From Chthonomonadia bacterium (GTDB taxonomy: Bacteria; Armatimonadota; HRBIN16): a stretch of DNA of 64,000 nt. The stretch spans positions 1,472 to 65,471 of the forward strand of contig JABUFA010000018.1 in assembly GCA_013314755.1 (NCBI GenBank), written 5' to 3'. Each line of letters begins with the position of its first letter. Within the stretch, counting starts at the first letter, position 1. The notes under the pieces were generated by a model, which saw nothing but the letters and a program-made list of their open reading frames with translations, ran no database searches and was not told the DNA's origin. Below, in pieces: positions 29,100-39,200 of the stretch. The position numbers were made by a program, and so were the translations under genes.

Positions 29100-32000
29100 A
29101 TGAGACGGATACTGAGGATTGTGCTGTACATTGCGCTTGGTGTGCTGGGGGCGCAAAATGGTGTCTGGGCACAGCTTCCTGTGCCACCTCTGAAACCCAT
29201 CATTGGAGCGCGAATGCCCGCACTCAGTCCCGACGGCAAGCGAATCGCCTTCGTGTACCGCGGGGACGTATGGATTGCTCCCTCAGCGGGCGGACAGGCA
29301 ACCCCTCTGACGCGCCATGTGGAGATGGATGCCTTTCCGCTCTTCTCACCCGATGGGCGATGGATTGCTTTCTCCAGCCTGCGCAACGGAAACTGGGACA
29401 TCTTCGTTGTGCCAGCAGAAGGAGGGGAGGTGAGGCAGTTAACCTATCACGCGAACAGTGAGATTGCGTATGGCTGGAGCCCCGACGGCAAATACCTGCT
29501 TTTCTCATCGGTGCGAGACACCACAAACAACACGCTCTTTGCGCTGGACGTTCGCACCCTGCGCTTCAAAAAGCTGACTGAAGACTACGCCTCCATCAAC
29601 TATCCGTCCTACTCACCCGACGGCAAGATGGTGGTGTACGGGCGATATGGATTCCACTGGACACGTCCGCGATATGTGGGGTCGGCTGCAGCGCAAATCT
29701 GGGTGCTGGACATCAGCACGGGCAAGCGTCGCGCCGTGACGAGTGACAACCGTCAGCACCTGTGGACGAAGTTCCTGCCCGACGGCAAGAGCCTGCTGAC
29801 CGTTACCATCGGGGAGGAGACGCCTTCCAGCAGTAAGCTGGGCACAGCCATTCCCAAAATCGTGGACAGCCCCAGCCGAACGCCCAACCTGTGGGTATTT
29901 GATCTGGAAGGGCGAGGCAAACAGCTGACCTTCTTCACCGGTGGCTCGGTACGCTTCCCGACGGTTGCCCTGCGCACGGGCGACATCGCGTTTGAGTACG
30001 AACATGACCTGTGGCTGCTCCCTGCAGGCTCACGCAATCCGCAGAAAATCGTGCTTTACGCTTCCGAAGACGAAAAGCAGAATACCCGCAGGCGCGAAGT
30101 GCTGACCAGCGGCGTCACCGAAGCGGAACCCTCGCCCGACGGCAAGACCTTCGCCTTCGGATTGCGTGGAGACATCTGGACGGTGCTCATCGAAAAGCCC
30201 AAGGGTGTGGCTGGACGCAGTGCGGAAATCGCCCGGCGGCTCACCGACTGGGCAGGGGAAGATTCGGACTTCGTGTGGTCGGCAGACGGCAAAAAGCTCT
30301 ACTTTACCTCCGACCGCGAGTTCAACACTCGCCTTTACGAGCTGGATATCGAATCCCTGCAGGTGAAGTCGTTGTGGAACCGCACGGAGGACGTTACACG
30401 CCCGAGATTGTCGCCCGACGGGAAGCAGATTGGCTTCTGGGTGTCTGGCAGTGAAGGCGGGTTGTACGTGCTGATACTGGAGACCGGGGAGGTCAAGCGC
30501 ATGGTGAAAGTGCCCGGCACGCACTGGTATGGGCTGGGCGGAGGGGACTTTGCATGGTCGCCCGATATGCGCTGGCTCGCGTTCACCTACCGTGGCGAGG
30601 ATCTGGCGTGGAACATCTGGATTATGCCTGCGGCGGGTGGCGACCCCATCAACGTCACGCGCCTCAATGCCTATCACAGCCAGCCTGCCTGGTCGCCCGA
30701 CGGCAAGTACCTCTTTTTCCAGAGCGACCGGGATGGCAATGGGCTGTACGTGCTCTCGTTAACCGAAGAGCCTGCACGCACAGTGGACACCGACCTGAAG
30801 TACGAGAAGCCGAAGGACAAAGTGCTGGTGGAGATTGACTTCCAGAACATCCGGCGTCGCATCCGCAAGGTGGTCAATCAAAACCCCGATGCTGACCTGA
30901 CTGTGACCAGTGAGGGGTTGATACTGTTCGTCTCAGGAGGCGACATCTGGTCGGTCTCTTACGATGGCAAGGAAACCAAACGCCTGACAACCGGCGGCGG
31001 AATCTCCAGCCTGCGGGTTTCAGCAGATGGCAAGAAGCTGTTCTTCATTCGCAGCGGCGAGCTGTGGACGATGAAGCTGGAGGGCAGTAACCCGCAGGAG
31101 AAGGTGACCTTTACCGCCGATTGGGATCGCGACGTGCGTGCGGAACGCAGAGCCGCGTTTACTCAGTTCTGGCGAAGCTATCACCGCGGCTTCTACGACT
31201 CCAACTTCCACGGCAGAGATTGGGAAGCCATCCGCAAACGCTATGAACCCCTGCTGGACGCGGTGGAGACCCGCGAGGAGTTTGCCACTCTGCTGAGCAT
31301 GATGGTTGGCGAACTGGAGGCTTCGCACTCTGAGGTATCGCCCGCTCCCGGCGGCAATCCCAGCCCGGTTACCCCGCACCTCGGCTTCACGTTTGATTAC
31401 AGCTATGAGGGACCGGGCATTAAGGTGGGCAAAGTGCCGGAAGGTGCACCCGGCTCCTATCCACAAACGCGCATCCGCGAGGGCGAGTACGTGCTGGCGA
31501 TTAACGGACAGGACGTGACCCTCGACGAAAACCTGTGGAGATTGATTAACGACAAACAGGATCGGGAGTTCGAGTTCCTTGTGAACTCCAAGCCGAGCAA
31601 GGACGGCGCGCGAGTGGTAAAATACCGTGTGCTGAGTTACGGGGAGTGGAGCGACCTCAACTACCGCAACCGCATCGAACGCCTGCGCAAGTACACCGAC
31701 GAAAAGAGCGGTGGAAAGATCGGCTACGTTCACATCTCGGGCATGGGCTTCAGCAACCAGGTGCAGTTCGAACGCGAGGTGTATGAACAGGTGGTCGGCA
31801 AGCAGGCGATGATTATTGATGTACGCTTCAACGGAGGCGGCAACATCTCCGACACGCTGGTGGACTGGCTGGAGCGCAAGCCGCATGGCTACTACCGCCC
31901 GCGTGATGGAGCGGTTGAACCTGCCCCCAGCCGCGCCTGGGACAAGCCGATTATCGTGCTGATGAACGAGCACAGCTTCTCTAATGCCGAGATGTTCCCT

Positions 32001-32255
32001 TACGCCATGCGCGCCAAGGGACTGGCGAAGCTGGTGGGTATGCCCACGCCCGGCTATGTCATCTGGACATGGGGACTGCAGCTGGTGGACGGCACAGGCG
32101 CACGGATGCCCCAGAGCGGCGTGTACCGGCTGGATGGCACACCGATGGAAAACATGGGTGAAAAGCCAGACGTGCAGGTGTGGATGAGCCCCGAAGACTG
32201 GCTCGCCGAACGTGACCCCCAGCTGGACAAAGCGATCGAGATGCTGATGCGGTAA
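29100..32255 (+). CDS. Tricorn-like S41 peptidase with PD40 beta-propellers and PDZ domain
   Basis: Many WSPDG repeats; GELEASHS, IDVRFNGGG, SFSNAE, DPQLDKAI. Confidence 0.93.
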   Translation: MRRILRIVLYIALGVLGAQNGVWAQLPVPPLKPIIGARMPALSPDGKRIAFVYRGDVWIAPSAGGQATPLTRHVEMDAFPLFSPDGRWIAFSSLRNGNWDIFVVPAEGGEVRQLTYHANSEIAYGWSPDGKYLLFSSVRDTTNNTLFALDVRTLRFKKLTEDYASINYPSYSPDGKMVVYGRYGFHWTRPRYVGSAAAQIWVLDISTGKRRAVTSDNRQHLWTKFLPDGKSLLTVTIGEETPSSSKLGTAIPKIVDSPSRTPNLWVFDLEGRGKQLTFFTGGSVRFPTVALRTGDIAFEYEHDLWLLPAGSRNPQKIVLYASEDEKQNTRRREVLTSGVTEAEPSPDGKTFAFGLRGDIWTVLIEKPKGVAGRSAEIARRLTDWAGEDSDFVWSADGKKLYFTSDREFNTRLYELDIESLQVKSLWNRTEDVTRPRLSPDGKQIGFWVSGSEGGLYVLILETGEVKRMVKVPGTHWYGLGGGDFAWSPDMRWLAFTYRGEDLAWNIWIMPAAGGDPINVTRLNAYHSQPAWSPDGKYLFFQSDRDGNGLYVLSLTEEPARTVDTDLKYEKPKDKVLVEIDFQNIRRRIRKVVNQNPDADLTVTSEGLILFVSGGDIWSVSYDGKETKRLTTGGGISSLRVSADGKKLFFIRSGELWTMKLEGSNPQEKVTFTADWDRDVRAERRAAFTQFWRSYHRGFYDSNFHGRDWEAIRKRYEPLLDAVETREEFATLLSMMVGELEASHSEVSPAPGGNPSPVTPHLGFTFDYSYEGPGIKVGKVPEGAPGSYPQTRIREGEYVLAINGQDVTLDENLWRLINDKQDREFEFLVNSKPSKDGARVVKYRVLSYGEWSDLNYRNRIERLRKYTDEKSGGKIGYVHISGMGFSNQVQFEREVYEQVVGKQAMIIDVRFNGGGNISDTLVDWLERKPHGYYRPRDGAVEPAPSRAWDKPIIVLMNEHSFSNAEMFPYAMRAKGLAKLVGMPTPGYVIWTWGLQLVDGTGARMPQSGVYRLDGTPMENMGEKPDVQVWMSPEDWLAERDPQLDKAIEMLMR

Positions 32256-32261
32256 GAGAGA

Positions 32262-32289
32262 AGGGCAGGAGGGAGCCTCCTCCTGCCCT
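32262..32289. terminator. Hairpin between convergent genes
   Basis: AGGGCAGGAGG..CCTCCTGCCCT stem. Confidence 0.65.
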
Positions 32290-32974
32290 ATATTACTTCT
32301 GGTAGTGTCTGCTTGAGCGCGCTGAACAGCTCGGAGGCAAACTGCTGGATGGTGGCTACATCCTTCTGCACATCCCCAGATGCGGGCACGATGAACCGGA
32401 AGAAAAAGGTCTGCTGTCTCTGCATGCCTATCAGGCGTGCCGTGAAGGTGGAGACGCGCGCCAGTCCCATAGAGCCCGTGGTGCCAAAAGGCGTACGATA
32501 CCAGTAGATGACGGTCGCCCGTCTGCCGTTGTTGTTCACCTGGAACAGTCTGGCATGGAATTCCTGGGGCACGCCGGGCACGCTGAACTTTATCTCGCGG
32601 TCGTTCTCCAGCTTCCACCCCTGACTCGGGAAGCAAGCATGCGGATTATGGAAGGTCTCCGCGTGAGTGCCCGCCAGCAGAACAAAGTCTATCTGGTCAC
32701 CCTTTTCGTTGAAGTAATGGCGTGACACGATAGCATCGGGGCGCAATGCCTCGAACGCCTTCGCTCCCATATCGTACCGCTGACCAATCCAACCACCCAG
32801 CTGGAATGGAATGAGCGAGTCGTCAATGTCACGAAGCACCTTGCCACGCAGGGGAGACAGCGTCAGCGTGAGTATCGCCGCCAGCGCCATAAACGCTAGC
32901 AGGATCAGCATGTTGCGATACAGAAGAGGGCGAACCGATTGCTCTGTTGAGGTTACCGTTGCCATCCCAACCAC
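32288..32974 (-). CDS. epsI: EpsI family (exosortase-associated) protein
   Basis: IPFQLGGWIG, HNPHACFPSQGW, VIYWY; overlaps the exosortase gene. Confidence 0.85.
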   Translation of the reverse strand: MVGMATVTSTEQSVRPLLYRNMLILLAFMALAAILTLTLSPLRGKVLRDIDDSLIPFQLGGWIGQRYDMGAKAFEALRPDAIVSRHYFNEKGDQIDFVLLAGTHAETFHNPHACFPSQGWKLENDREIKFSVPGVPQEFHARLFQVNNNGRRATVIYWYRTPFGTTGSMGLARVSTFTARLIGMQRQQTFFFRFIVPASGDVQKDVATIQQFASELFSALKQTLPEVI

Positions 32975-33825
32975 CTTCCCAGCTGAAAGAGCACAGCGAA
33001 CGCTACCACCAGCACCAGATAGCCACTCCAGTCGTGGAAGGAGTATCCCGCCTCCTCGCCAAACTTTGTGCCCACGATGCCTATCAGAGCGATACGTAAA
33101 CCGTTAATCACCAGCGCCAGAGGCAGTGCCAACACTATCAGCGCTATCTGCCTCCACAGCTCCACGCGAATATAATACGCAAAGAAGAACGCGAATGTCG
33201 CCATAGATACCAGCATTTTGAAGCCACTGCAGGGTACACCCACATCTAAGTCAAATCCGCCAGGGATATAGATGACGTTCCCCACCCGGTGCGTTTCATA
33301 TCCTATCGTCTTAAGCAGGACATTTGCGATAATCGTGGACCATTCCTGAGCGGGCTGTGAAATCTCATCAAAAATAGTGGCTGGCAACGGCATCATGAAC
33401 CCTAAGAAGAGTACAGGGAACCACACGATGCGCACAAACCGCCATCCCAGCAAAGAGGCAATCATACCGTACATCAGGACGAGGAAAGACAGGGACGAGA
33501 TGGTGGAGGACTGAGTCAGATGCCCCAGCACGCGCATGGCGAGCGCAAGCGCAACCGGCACCAGTCCCCCCGTGCTGGGGGAGATTGCTGTTTGACGGAG
33601 CTCCTCGCGGCGCATCCAGACCATATATAGCGCGAGGAAGGGCACCAGGATGCCGTGCGAATAATATCCATCCGAACGGAACCAGTGATATTGCCAGTAG
33701 TAGAACACGGGATAATAGGCGACCACCAGTGCCACCAGCACGCCGGCTGCTACCCATGCCAGCGGGTTCTGCACCAGCCGCCCCACAGGAACCCCTGTGA
33801 GCCGCCCCACACGCACTTCACTCAT
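32953..33825 (-). CDS. Exosortase (EpsH family)
   Basis: YSHGILVP; catalytic Cys (PCSG), Arg (NGLR) and His (FHDW); about 8 TM helices. Confidence 0.92.
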   Translation of the reverse strand: MSEVRVGRLTGVPVGRLVQNPLAWVAAGVLVALVVAYYPVFYYWQYHWFRSDGYYSHGILVPFLALYMVWMRREELRQTAISPSTGGLVPVALALAMRVLGHLTQSSTISSLSFLVLMYGMIASLLGWRFVRIVWFPVLFLGFMMPLPATIFDEISQPAQEWSTIIANVLLKTIGYETHRVGNVIYIPGGFDLDVGVPCSGFKMLVSMATFAFFFAYYIRVELWRQIALIVLALPLALVINGLRIALIGIVGTKFGEEAGYSFHDWSGYLVLVVAFAVLFQLGRWLGWQR

Positions 33826-34292
33826 TGTACTTTCACCGTCCCCTTTCGCCCGAACGTCCAGTGTTTATTGGCAAAGAAGTTCCAGAATACCACGATACCC
33901 GTTGCCAGCAATTTCGCGCCGTTGAAGACCCATTTGGGGTGCGGGTCGTGAGGGTCAAACAACAGCAGGGCGCTGACAATACTGTAGTTTAACAGCGCGC
34001 CGACAATATTGACCGCGACGAAACGCAGGAACTCCTCATGCACCGCACCGCGCTGACGGTCGCGAAACGTCCAGCGACTGTTCCAGAAGTAACCGTTGAA
34101 CACCGCCACACAAAACCCCATCACACTGGCAAGCGCCGCAGGGCGCACGTGTAACAGGTAGTACGCGATATTTGCCACTGCGAAGTCTATCAGCGTACTG
34201 CTGGTGCCAACGATACAGAACTTGATAAATTGTCGAACCCCTTTTCTGCGCAGCTGAGCTGTTACCCAGCCGGTTAGCGAGTTGCCGTTCAT
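33822..34292 (-). CDS. GtrA family flippase
   Basis: QFIKFCIVG, N.YFWNSRWTF, WNFFANKHWTF. Confidence 0.9.
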   Translation of the reverse strand: MNGNSLTGWVTAQLRRKGVRQFIKFCIVGTSSTLIDFAVANIAYYLLHVRPAALASVMGFCVAVFNGYFWNSRWTFRDRQRGAVHEEFLRFVAVNIVGALLNYSIVSALLLFDPHDPHPKWVFNGAKLLATGIVVFWNFFANKHWTFGRKGTVKVQ

Positions 34293-34301
34293 GCATATCT
34301 C

Positions 34302-35249
34302 CTACCGCAGAATTGCCCAGATAGCCACCGCTATCCACAACAGTATTGTGGCTTGAATCCCTCGGTCCTCCATCAATACCTGTTCAGGAGCACCACCCAG
34401 GTCTTTCCTGTGCACCAGATACAGATACCGAAAGATGCCGTACATCACGATAGGTATAGTATACTTCAATCCCTCGTGCTGTGCGGCGGTTGCGCTCTGT
34501 ATGGTGTACAGCGCGTAGGTGATAATGGTTGCCGAGCTGACTATCGCAATAAACTGGTCTAACAGACCAACGCTGTATTCACCCAGAGTGACGCGATGGT
34601 TGAATGCCTCTTCTCCCAGGGTAGCCAGCTCATGCCTGCGCTTGCAAAAGCCCAGGAAAAGCGCCAACAGGGTGGTGCAAGCCAGCAACCAGCCCGATAT
34701 ACTCACGTCAATAGCCACCGCTCCTGCCAGCGCGCGAAGCACGAACCCTGCAGCAATCAGGAACACGTCCAGGATCACTATCTGCTTCCCGCCAAGTGAA
34801 TACCCCAGCGACAGAAGCACATACAACACCGCCAGCCAGCCAAACGCCGGGCGTATCCAGAACGCCAGCAACAATCCCACCGCCATCGCGCCGCTCATGA
34901 ACCACCCTGCAACCGTGACGGGAAGTCTCCCGGAAGCGATGGGGCGTTGTCGCTTCTGGGGATGCAGGCGGTCGCGCTCCACGTCCTGCAGGTCGTTATA
35001 GATATATACCGCGCCTGAAATGAGGCAGAAGCTCACAAACGCCAGGATATTCAGCCATACCCTGGGGACGTCTCCCAGCTTCTCGGCAAAGAGCAGTCCG
35101 GCAAAGAGCAGAAAGTTCTTGCTCCACTGGCGCGGGCGCATCGCCACCACGCTCCACTTGAGCCATTCCAAGGGGTGCGTCCGTGCCACAGAAACCTGGT
35201 TTTCCTCAAAACTTTCCATCCACATACCCGCTTGAACCGCTGTTCTCAA
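34302..35249 (-). CDS. Polyprenyl-phosphate phosphoribosyltransferase (UbiA family, decaprenyl-phosphate phosphoribosyltransferase-like)
   Basis: RPRQWSKN, YIYNDLQDVERDRLHPQKRQRPIASG, GFVLRA.AG, KRRHE, YGIFRY. Start uncertain. Confidence 0.88.
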   Translation of the reverse strand: MRTAVQAGMWMESFEENQVSVARTHPLEWLKWSVVAMRPRQWSKNFLLFAGLLFAEKLGDVPRVWLNILAFVSFCLISGAVYIYNDLQDVERDRLHPQKRQRPIASGRLPVTVAGWFMSGAMAVGLLLAFWIRPAFGWLAVLYVLLSLGYSLGGKQIVILDVFLIAAGFVLRALAGAVAIDVSISGWLLACTTLLALFLGFCKRRHELATLGEEAFNHRVTLGEYSVGLLDQFIAIVSSATIITYALYTIQSATAAQHEGLKYTIPIVMYGIFRYLYLVHRKDLGGAPEQVLMEDRGIQATILLWIAVAIWAILR

Positions 35250-35959
35250 CAGGCTCCTTTACCGGTAATCACCGCGGGCACGGTAAACAAAAGGATTTTC
35301 AGGTCGGTCCAGAAACTCATCGTATCAAGGTAAATGTGGTCAAGCTCCACCCATTCGCGGAATCCGATGTCGCTCCGTCCGCTGATTTGCCACAGGCAGG
35401 TCAATCCTGGCAGCACGCTCAGCCGGCGCATCTCCCACTCGCCGTAGCTTGCTACCTCAGAAGGCAGTGGCGGACGCGGACCGACCAGACTCATTTCCCC
35501 GTGAAGCACGTGGATGAGCTGAGGCAGTTCGTCCAGACTGTACCGGCGCAGAAACCGTCCCACGCGGGTGACGCGCGGGTCATTGCGCATTTTGAAGACC
35601 GGACCGCCTCTCACCTCGTTTTTGGTGATGAGTTCACGTTTCATCTGCTCGGCGTTCTTCACCATCGAGCGAAACTTGAAAAACCAAAACGGCTTGCCAC
35701 CTCTGCCGATGCGTACCTGCCTGAAAAGCACCGGACCCGGCGAGTCCAGTTTAATCGCGATAGCAATCAACAGCATCAGCGGTGCGAGCAGTATCAGCGC
35801 AACGCTCGCTACCGTAACATCCAGAACGCGCTTGGCGATGCGATAGCCTCTGGGCAATTCAATCACGGGCACACTTATCTGCAACTCCGCCGCACCTGCC
35901 TCTCCCACAGCGGGAGGCACGATGCCCGGAAGCGGTGTTTGTGCATGTGCCATGGTCAC
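35246..35959 (-). CDS. Priming phosphoglycosyl transferase (bacterial sugar transferase)
   Basis: KRVLD, KFRSM, DPRVTRVGRFLRRYSLDELPQL, SLVGPRP, PGLTCLWQ. Confidence 0.93.
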   Translation of the reverse strand: MTMAHAQTPLPGIVPPAVGEAGAAELQISVPVIELPRGYRIAKRVLDVTVASVALILLAPLMLLIAIAIKLDSPGPVLFRQVRIGRGGKPFWFFKFRSMVKNAEQMKRELITKNEVRGGPVFKMRNDPRVTRVGRFLRRYSLDELPQLIHVLHGEMSLVGPRPPLPSEVASYGEWEMRRLSVLPGLTCLWQISGRSDIGFREWVELDHIYLDTMSFWTDLKILLFTVPAVITGKGAC

Positions 35960-36058
35960 TCAAGCTCCCTTCGTCCAAAAATGACCGCAGTTTCGTAATC
36001 AATAGGCGAATCCCTCCGTCTCTATTACGCGAACCAAAGCGAACCGAGTTCACCCTTC

Positions 36059-38179
36059 CTATCCTCTGGGTAGCGCGCGCGATGCCGACTGACGCAACGC
36101 CAGCTCGCGATATGCCCGACGATAATAGTAGACGCCCCGGCTGTCCTCCGGGCGCACTTTGTTCAGCACCGCGCCGATCAGGTTTGCTCCCACCTGCTCA
36201 AGACGAGCGTGGAACTCGGCTTCTGCTCCCCGCGAGGGCTGTCCCGCCGCGTGTACGATTATCACGTTCTTCACGTGTGCCGCAATCAGGGTGCTGTCCG
36301 CAAAGATAGCTCCTGCTGGCGAGTCGAAAATCACAAAGTCTGCCAGCCGGGTCGTTCGTTCAATGAACTGTTCCATCATCGGGGAGCGCAGGAGCCGTAC
36401 AGGGTTGTTTGACGATGAGCCTGCCGGTATCAGCACCAGTCCCTCGATCATGGTGGGTACAGCAACGTCCTCAATGGACTTCTCACCAGCAAGCACGTCC
36501 GCCAGCCCTAACGAGTTATCCACCCCGAACCGGCTGTGGAGTGTGGGCTGGCGCATGTCGCCGTCCACCAGCAGTACCCGTGCTCCGTCACGTGCCAGCG
36601 TGATGGCGAGATTCGCTGCCGTGGTGCTTCGTCCCACGTTCGGCTCAGCACTGGCGATAACTACTGCCGACCCCTGCATCTGGCGGCTGGCATACCACAG
36701 GTTGGTGGACAGTATCTGGTAGGACGCACCGATGGGCGTGAAACCGTCCTGCTTATCGAGCGCGTTCGGCTTCATCAGCGGGATGACGGCAAACACCGGC
36801 AGCTTGAGCAAACGCTCGGCTTCCTCCGGCGTGCGCACCGAAGTATCCAGCTGCCCTAACAACAGCACCACACTGCTTGCCAGAATAAGCGACAACAGCA
36901 GCGCCAGCGCGGTCTTCAGTCCTGTCTGCTTGGGCACAGCGAACACCTGTGGCGGGTCAAGCAGGACCAGGGTTGCCGCCTGAGCGCCGCGCTCTCGCGC
37001 CCGTGCCTCTTCCAGCTTTTGTAGGTACAGGTTATAGGTTTGCTCAGCGGTGCGGGCTGCCAGCTCAAGGCGGGCGACCCCGGCTTCCTTGCGCGGCATA
37101 TCCGCCAGCTCCGCCAGCGCGCGACGCAGGGGTTCCGCGTAAGCCTGTGCGCGTTTCGCAGCGGCTTCCTCCGCGACGCGCGCAGCGATGTACGCCTGCA
37201 GGGCGGAGTCGCGGATGGGGTTGCGTGCGCGCGTTTGCGAGTTCAGAATCTGTTCGCTCTCGGTGCGCATTCGCGCCTCAATCTCGGCAATCTGCGCCTT
37301 AAGCGATACCACGTCCGGGTGACGCTCCGCTTTGGTCTGAAGCTCCTTTTGCAGTTCTGCCTGCGCCCGAGCTAGGTCAATGCGCAACTGCTGCAGCACA
37401 GGGTTGGTTGCCATGATGCGCTGCATCTCTTCGTATTCGTTGCGGGCATACTGGCTCTTTAGCTCCTGCTCGGCGGCGATTCGTCGCGCCCGCGCCTCTT
37501 CCATCTCCACCATTGCCTGATCGTAGTTCGCCCGATATTGCGCCGCGCGTTGCACCAGTACCTGTGTCTGGAAAGCCAGATCACCACTGATGCGGTTCGC
37601 CAGCTTATAGTCAGCGAGCGCCTTGCGCTTGGCTTCGAGGTCGGCTCTGGCGCGGGGCAGGAGGTCGTTTTCGATGCGCTCACGTTCGGTGCGCAGCGAT
37701 CCCTGCGTCAGCTCGTTGTACCGCTCGGTCGCCTTCGCCGTCAGCACGCTGAGCGCGACCAGAGCGTTCTGGGGGTCGGTGTCGCGCAGGCGCACGCGAA
37801 GGTACTCCGTGTTAGGAATGGGCTCCGCCCGTACCTTGCCGCTGAATGCCACGATTTGCTCGGGACCAGTCTCCCCTTCAAGCACGCCGGGGCGAACTAC
37901 CTGCAGCTCGCTGACAGTTCTGCCCAACACCGTGTTACTGACCACCATCTGCAAGAGATTCTGCTGGCGCAGCACAGGGTCGTTCACCAGAACGCGCGAG
38001 GGGAAAATCTCGGTCGTGGTCTCGCCGACCGGACGCTGCTCGCGCAGAACGGCAACGGCTTCATACTGCTGGGGGGCTGAGCGCGACCACATCAACACCG
38101 CGCCTGTACACAGCACCACCACCAGCGCGATGATACGCCATCGCCGCTTCAAAATCATATAATGACGCCAGAACTCCAC
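36059..38179 (-). CDS. Wzc/GumC-like polysaccharide co-polymerase with tyrosine-kinase domain
   Basis: GTG start with AGGAGG RBS; two TMs flanking coiled coils; SAEPNVGRST (Walker A variant), DGDMR, IFDSP; C-terminal YYY. Confidence 0.88.
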   Translation of the reverse strand: MEFWRHYMILKRRWRIIALVVVLCTGAVLMWSRSAPQQYEAVAVLREQRPVGETTTEIFPSRVLVNDPVLRQQNLLQMVVSNTVLGRTVSELQVVRPGVLEGETGPEQIVAFSGKVRAEPIPNTEYLRVRLRDTDPQNALVALSVLTAKATERYNELTQGSLRTERERIENDLLPRARADLEAKRKALADYKLANRISGDLAFQTQVLVQRAAQYRANYDQAMVEMEEARARRIAAEQELKSQYARNEYEEMQRIMATNPVLQQLRIDLARAQAELQKELQTKAERHPDVVSLKAQIAEIEARMRTESEQILNSQTRARNPIRDSALQAYIAARVAEEAAAKRAQAYAEPLRRALAELADMPRKEAGVARLELAARTAEQTYNLYLQKLEEARARERGAQAATLVLLDPPQVFAVPKQTGLKTALALLLSLILASSVVLLLGQLDTSVRTPEEAERLLKLPVFAVIPLMKPNALDKQDGFTPIGASYQILSTNLWYASRQMQGSAVVIASAEPNVGRSTTAANLAITLARDGARVLLVDGDMRQPTLHSRFGVDNSLGLADVLAGEKSIEDVAVPTMIEGLVLIPAGSSSNNPVRLLRSPMMEQFIERTTRLADFVIFDSPAGAIFADSTLIAAHVKNVIIVHAAGQPSRGAEAEFHARLEQVGANLIGAVLNKVRPEDSRGVYYYRRAYRELALRQSASRALPRG

Positions 38180-38195
38180 GGATGATTCGCCTCCT

Positions 38196-39116
38196 TTAGT
38201 ACCTGTAGAATGCCTTGTTAAACAGGATATTCCTTGTGATACCAATCGTTGCCACGACGCTGTATATCTGGTTCCAGTCGGGTTTCTTCACCTCGGGAAC
38301 GTACACGGTGTCGCCCGGCTGGAGGGCAATATCCTGCGAAGTGTCTCCCTTGTCGATGAGCTTGAGCAGGTTCACCACGATGCGCTGCGGTTTGTCGGGC
38401 GCGTCGGGATTGGGGCGAATGATGTACACCTTGCTCAGCGTACCCTTCTCATGCTGCCCTCCCGCCCGGTTGATGGCTTCCATGACCGTGGTGCTGTTCT
38501 TCCAGGGATACAGTCCAGGGCGCATGACCTTGCCCAGCACATAGATGCGGTTGACCACGTCTTCGGGAATGAAGATAACATCATCAGGCTGCAGGCGATA
38601 GTTCTGGCTCAGGTCGCCCTTGAAGAACAGCTTCTCCAGGTCTAAGGGGATGGTTTCTTCGGTGCCATCGGGGCGTTTTCGACGAAGCAGAGCATCCTTC
38701 AAACGGGCGCGGTCAGGGTCAAAGCTGCCCGCCATGGAGATAGCGTGCATCACGGTCTCGCCCTCTTTGAACTCGTAGGACCCCGGGCGCTGCACCATCC
38801 CAAGCACTGCCACACGCGGGCGGTTAATCACGCGGATACTCACGCTGACATGCGGGTCACGCAGATATTGCGCTTCAATGAGCGCAGTGCGGATTTTCTC
38901 TGCCAGCTCGCCTGTGGTCAATCCGCGCACGGTGATACTGCCCACCACGGGCAGGTTTATCGTGCCATCCTGTGCCACCACGGTTTCCCGGCTGAGGTTC
39001 GGGTCCTCTACTACCGTGATTTGCAGCACGTCATCACGTTGTATTCGATAGTCATCGGCAACTGCTGTCCATGCGCTGAGGCTCAGCAACAGCAGTGCTA
39101 TCCAGCAGATTCTCAT
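38196..39116 (-). CDS. Polysaccharide export protein (Wza/OPX, SLBB domains)
   Basis: YRIQRDD.L.I.V, DGTINLP.VG, G.V.RPG.Y, LQPGDTVYVP. Confidence 0.9.
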   Translation of the reverse strand: MRICWIALLLLSLSAWTAVADDYRIQRDDVLQITVVEDPNLSRETVVAQDGTINLPVVGSITVRGLTTGELAEKIRTALIEAQYLRDPHVSVSIRVINRPRVAVLGMVQRPGSYEFKEGETVMHAISMAGSFDPDRARLKDALLRRKRPDGTEETIPLDLEKLFFKGDLSQNYRLQPDDVIFIPEDVVNRIYVLGKVMRPGLYPWKNSTTVMEAINRAGGQHEKGTLSKVYIIRPNPDAPDKPQRIVVNLLKLIDKGDTSQDIALQPGDTVYVPEVKKPDWNQIYSVVATIGITRNILFNKAFYRY

Positions 39117-39200
39117 CACTTGTCGCCTCCTTCTATCATTGCGCTTTGTCACTCACACGCCTCCTTTTCATATAAACGCAAGATTCGTTCCACAACCGCC

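Noticed and set aside
31020..32636. Long alternative ORFs (also 38745..40271, 62234..63976, 4177..5340, most of 1476..2468)
   Set aside because: Antisense or off-frame shadows of well-supported genes in GC-rich DNA, with no recognisable motifs.
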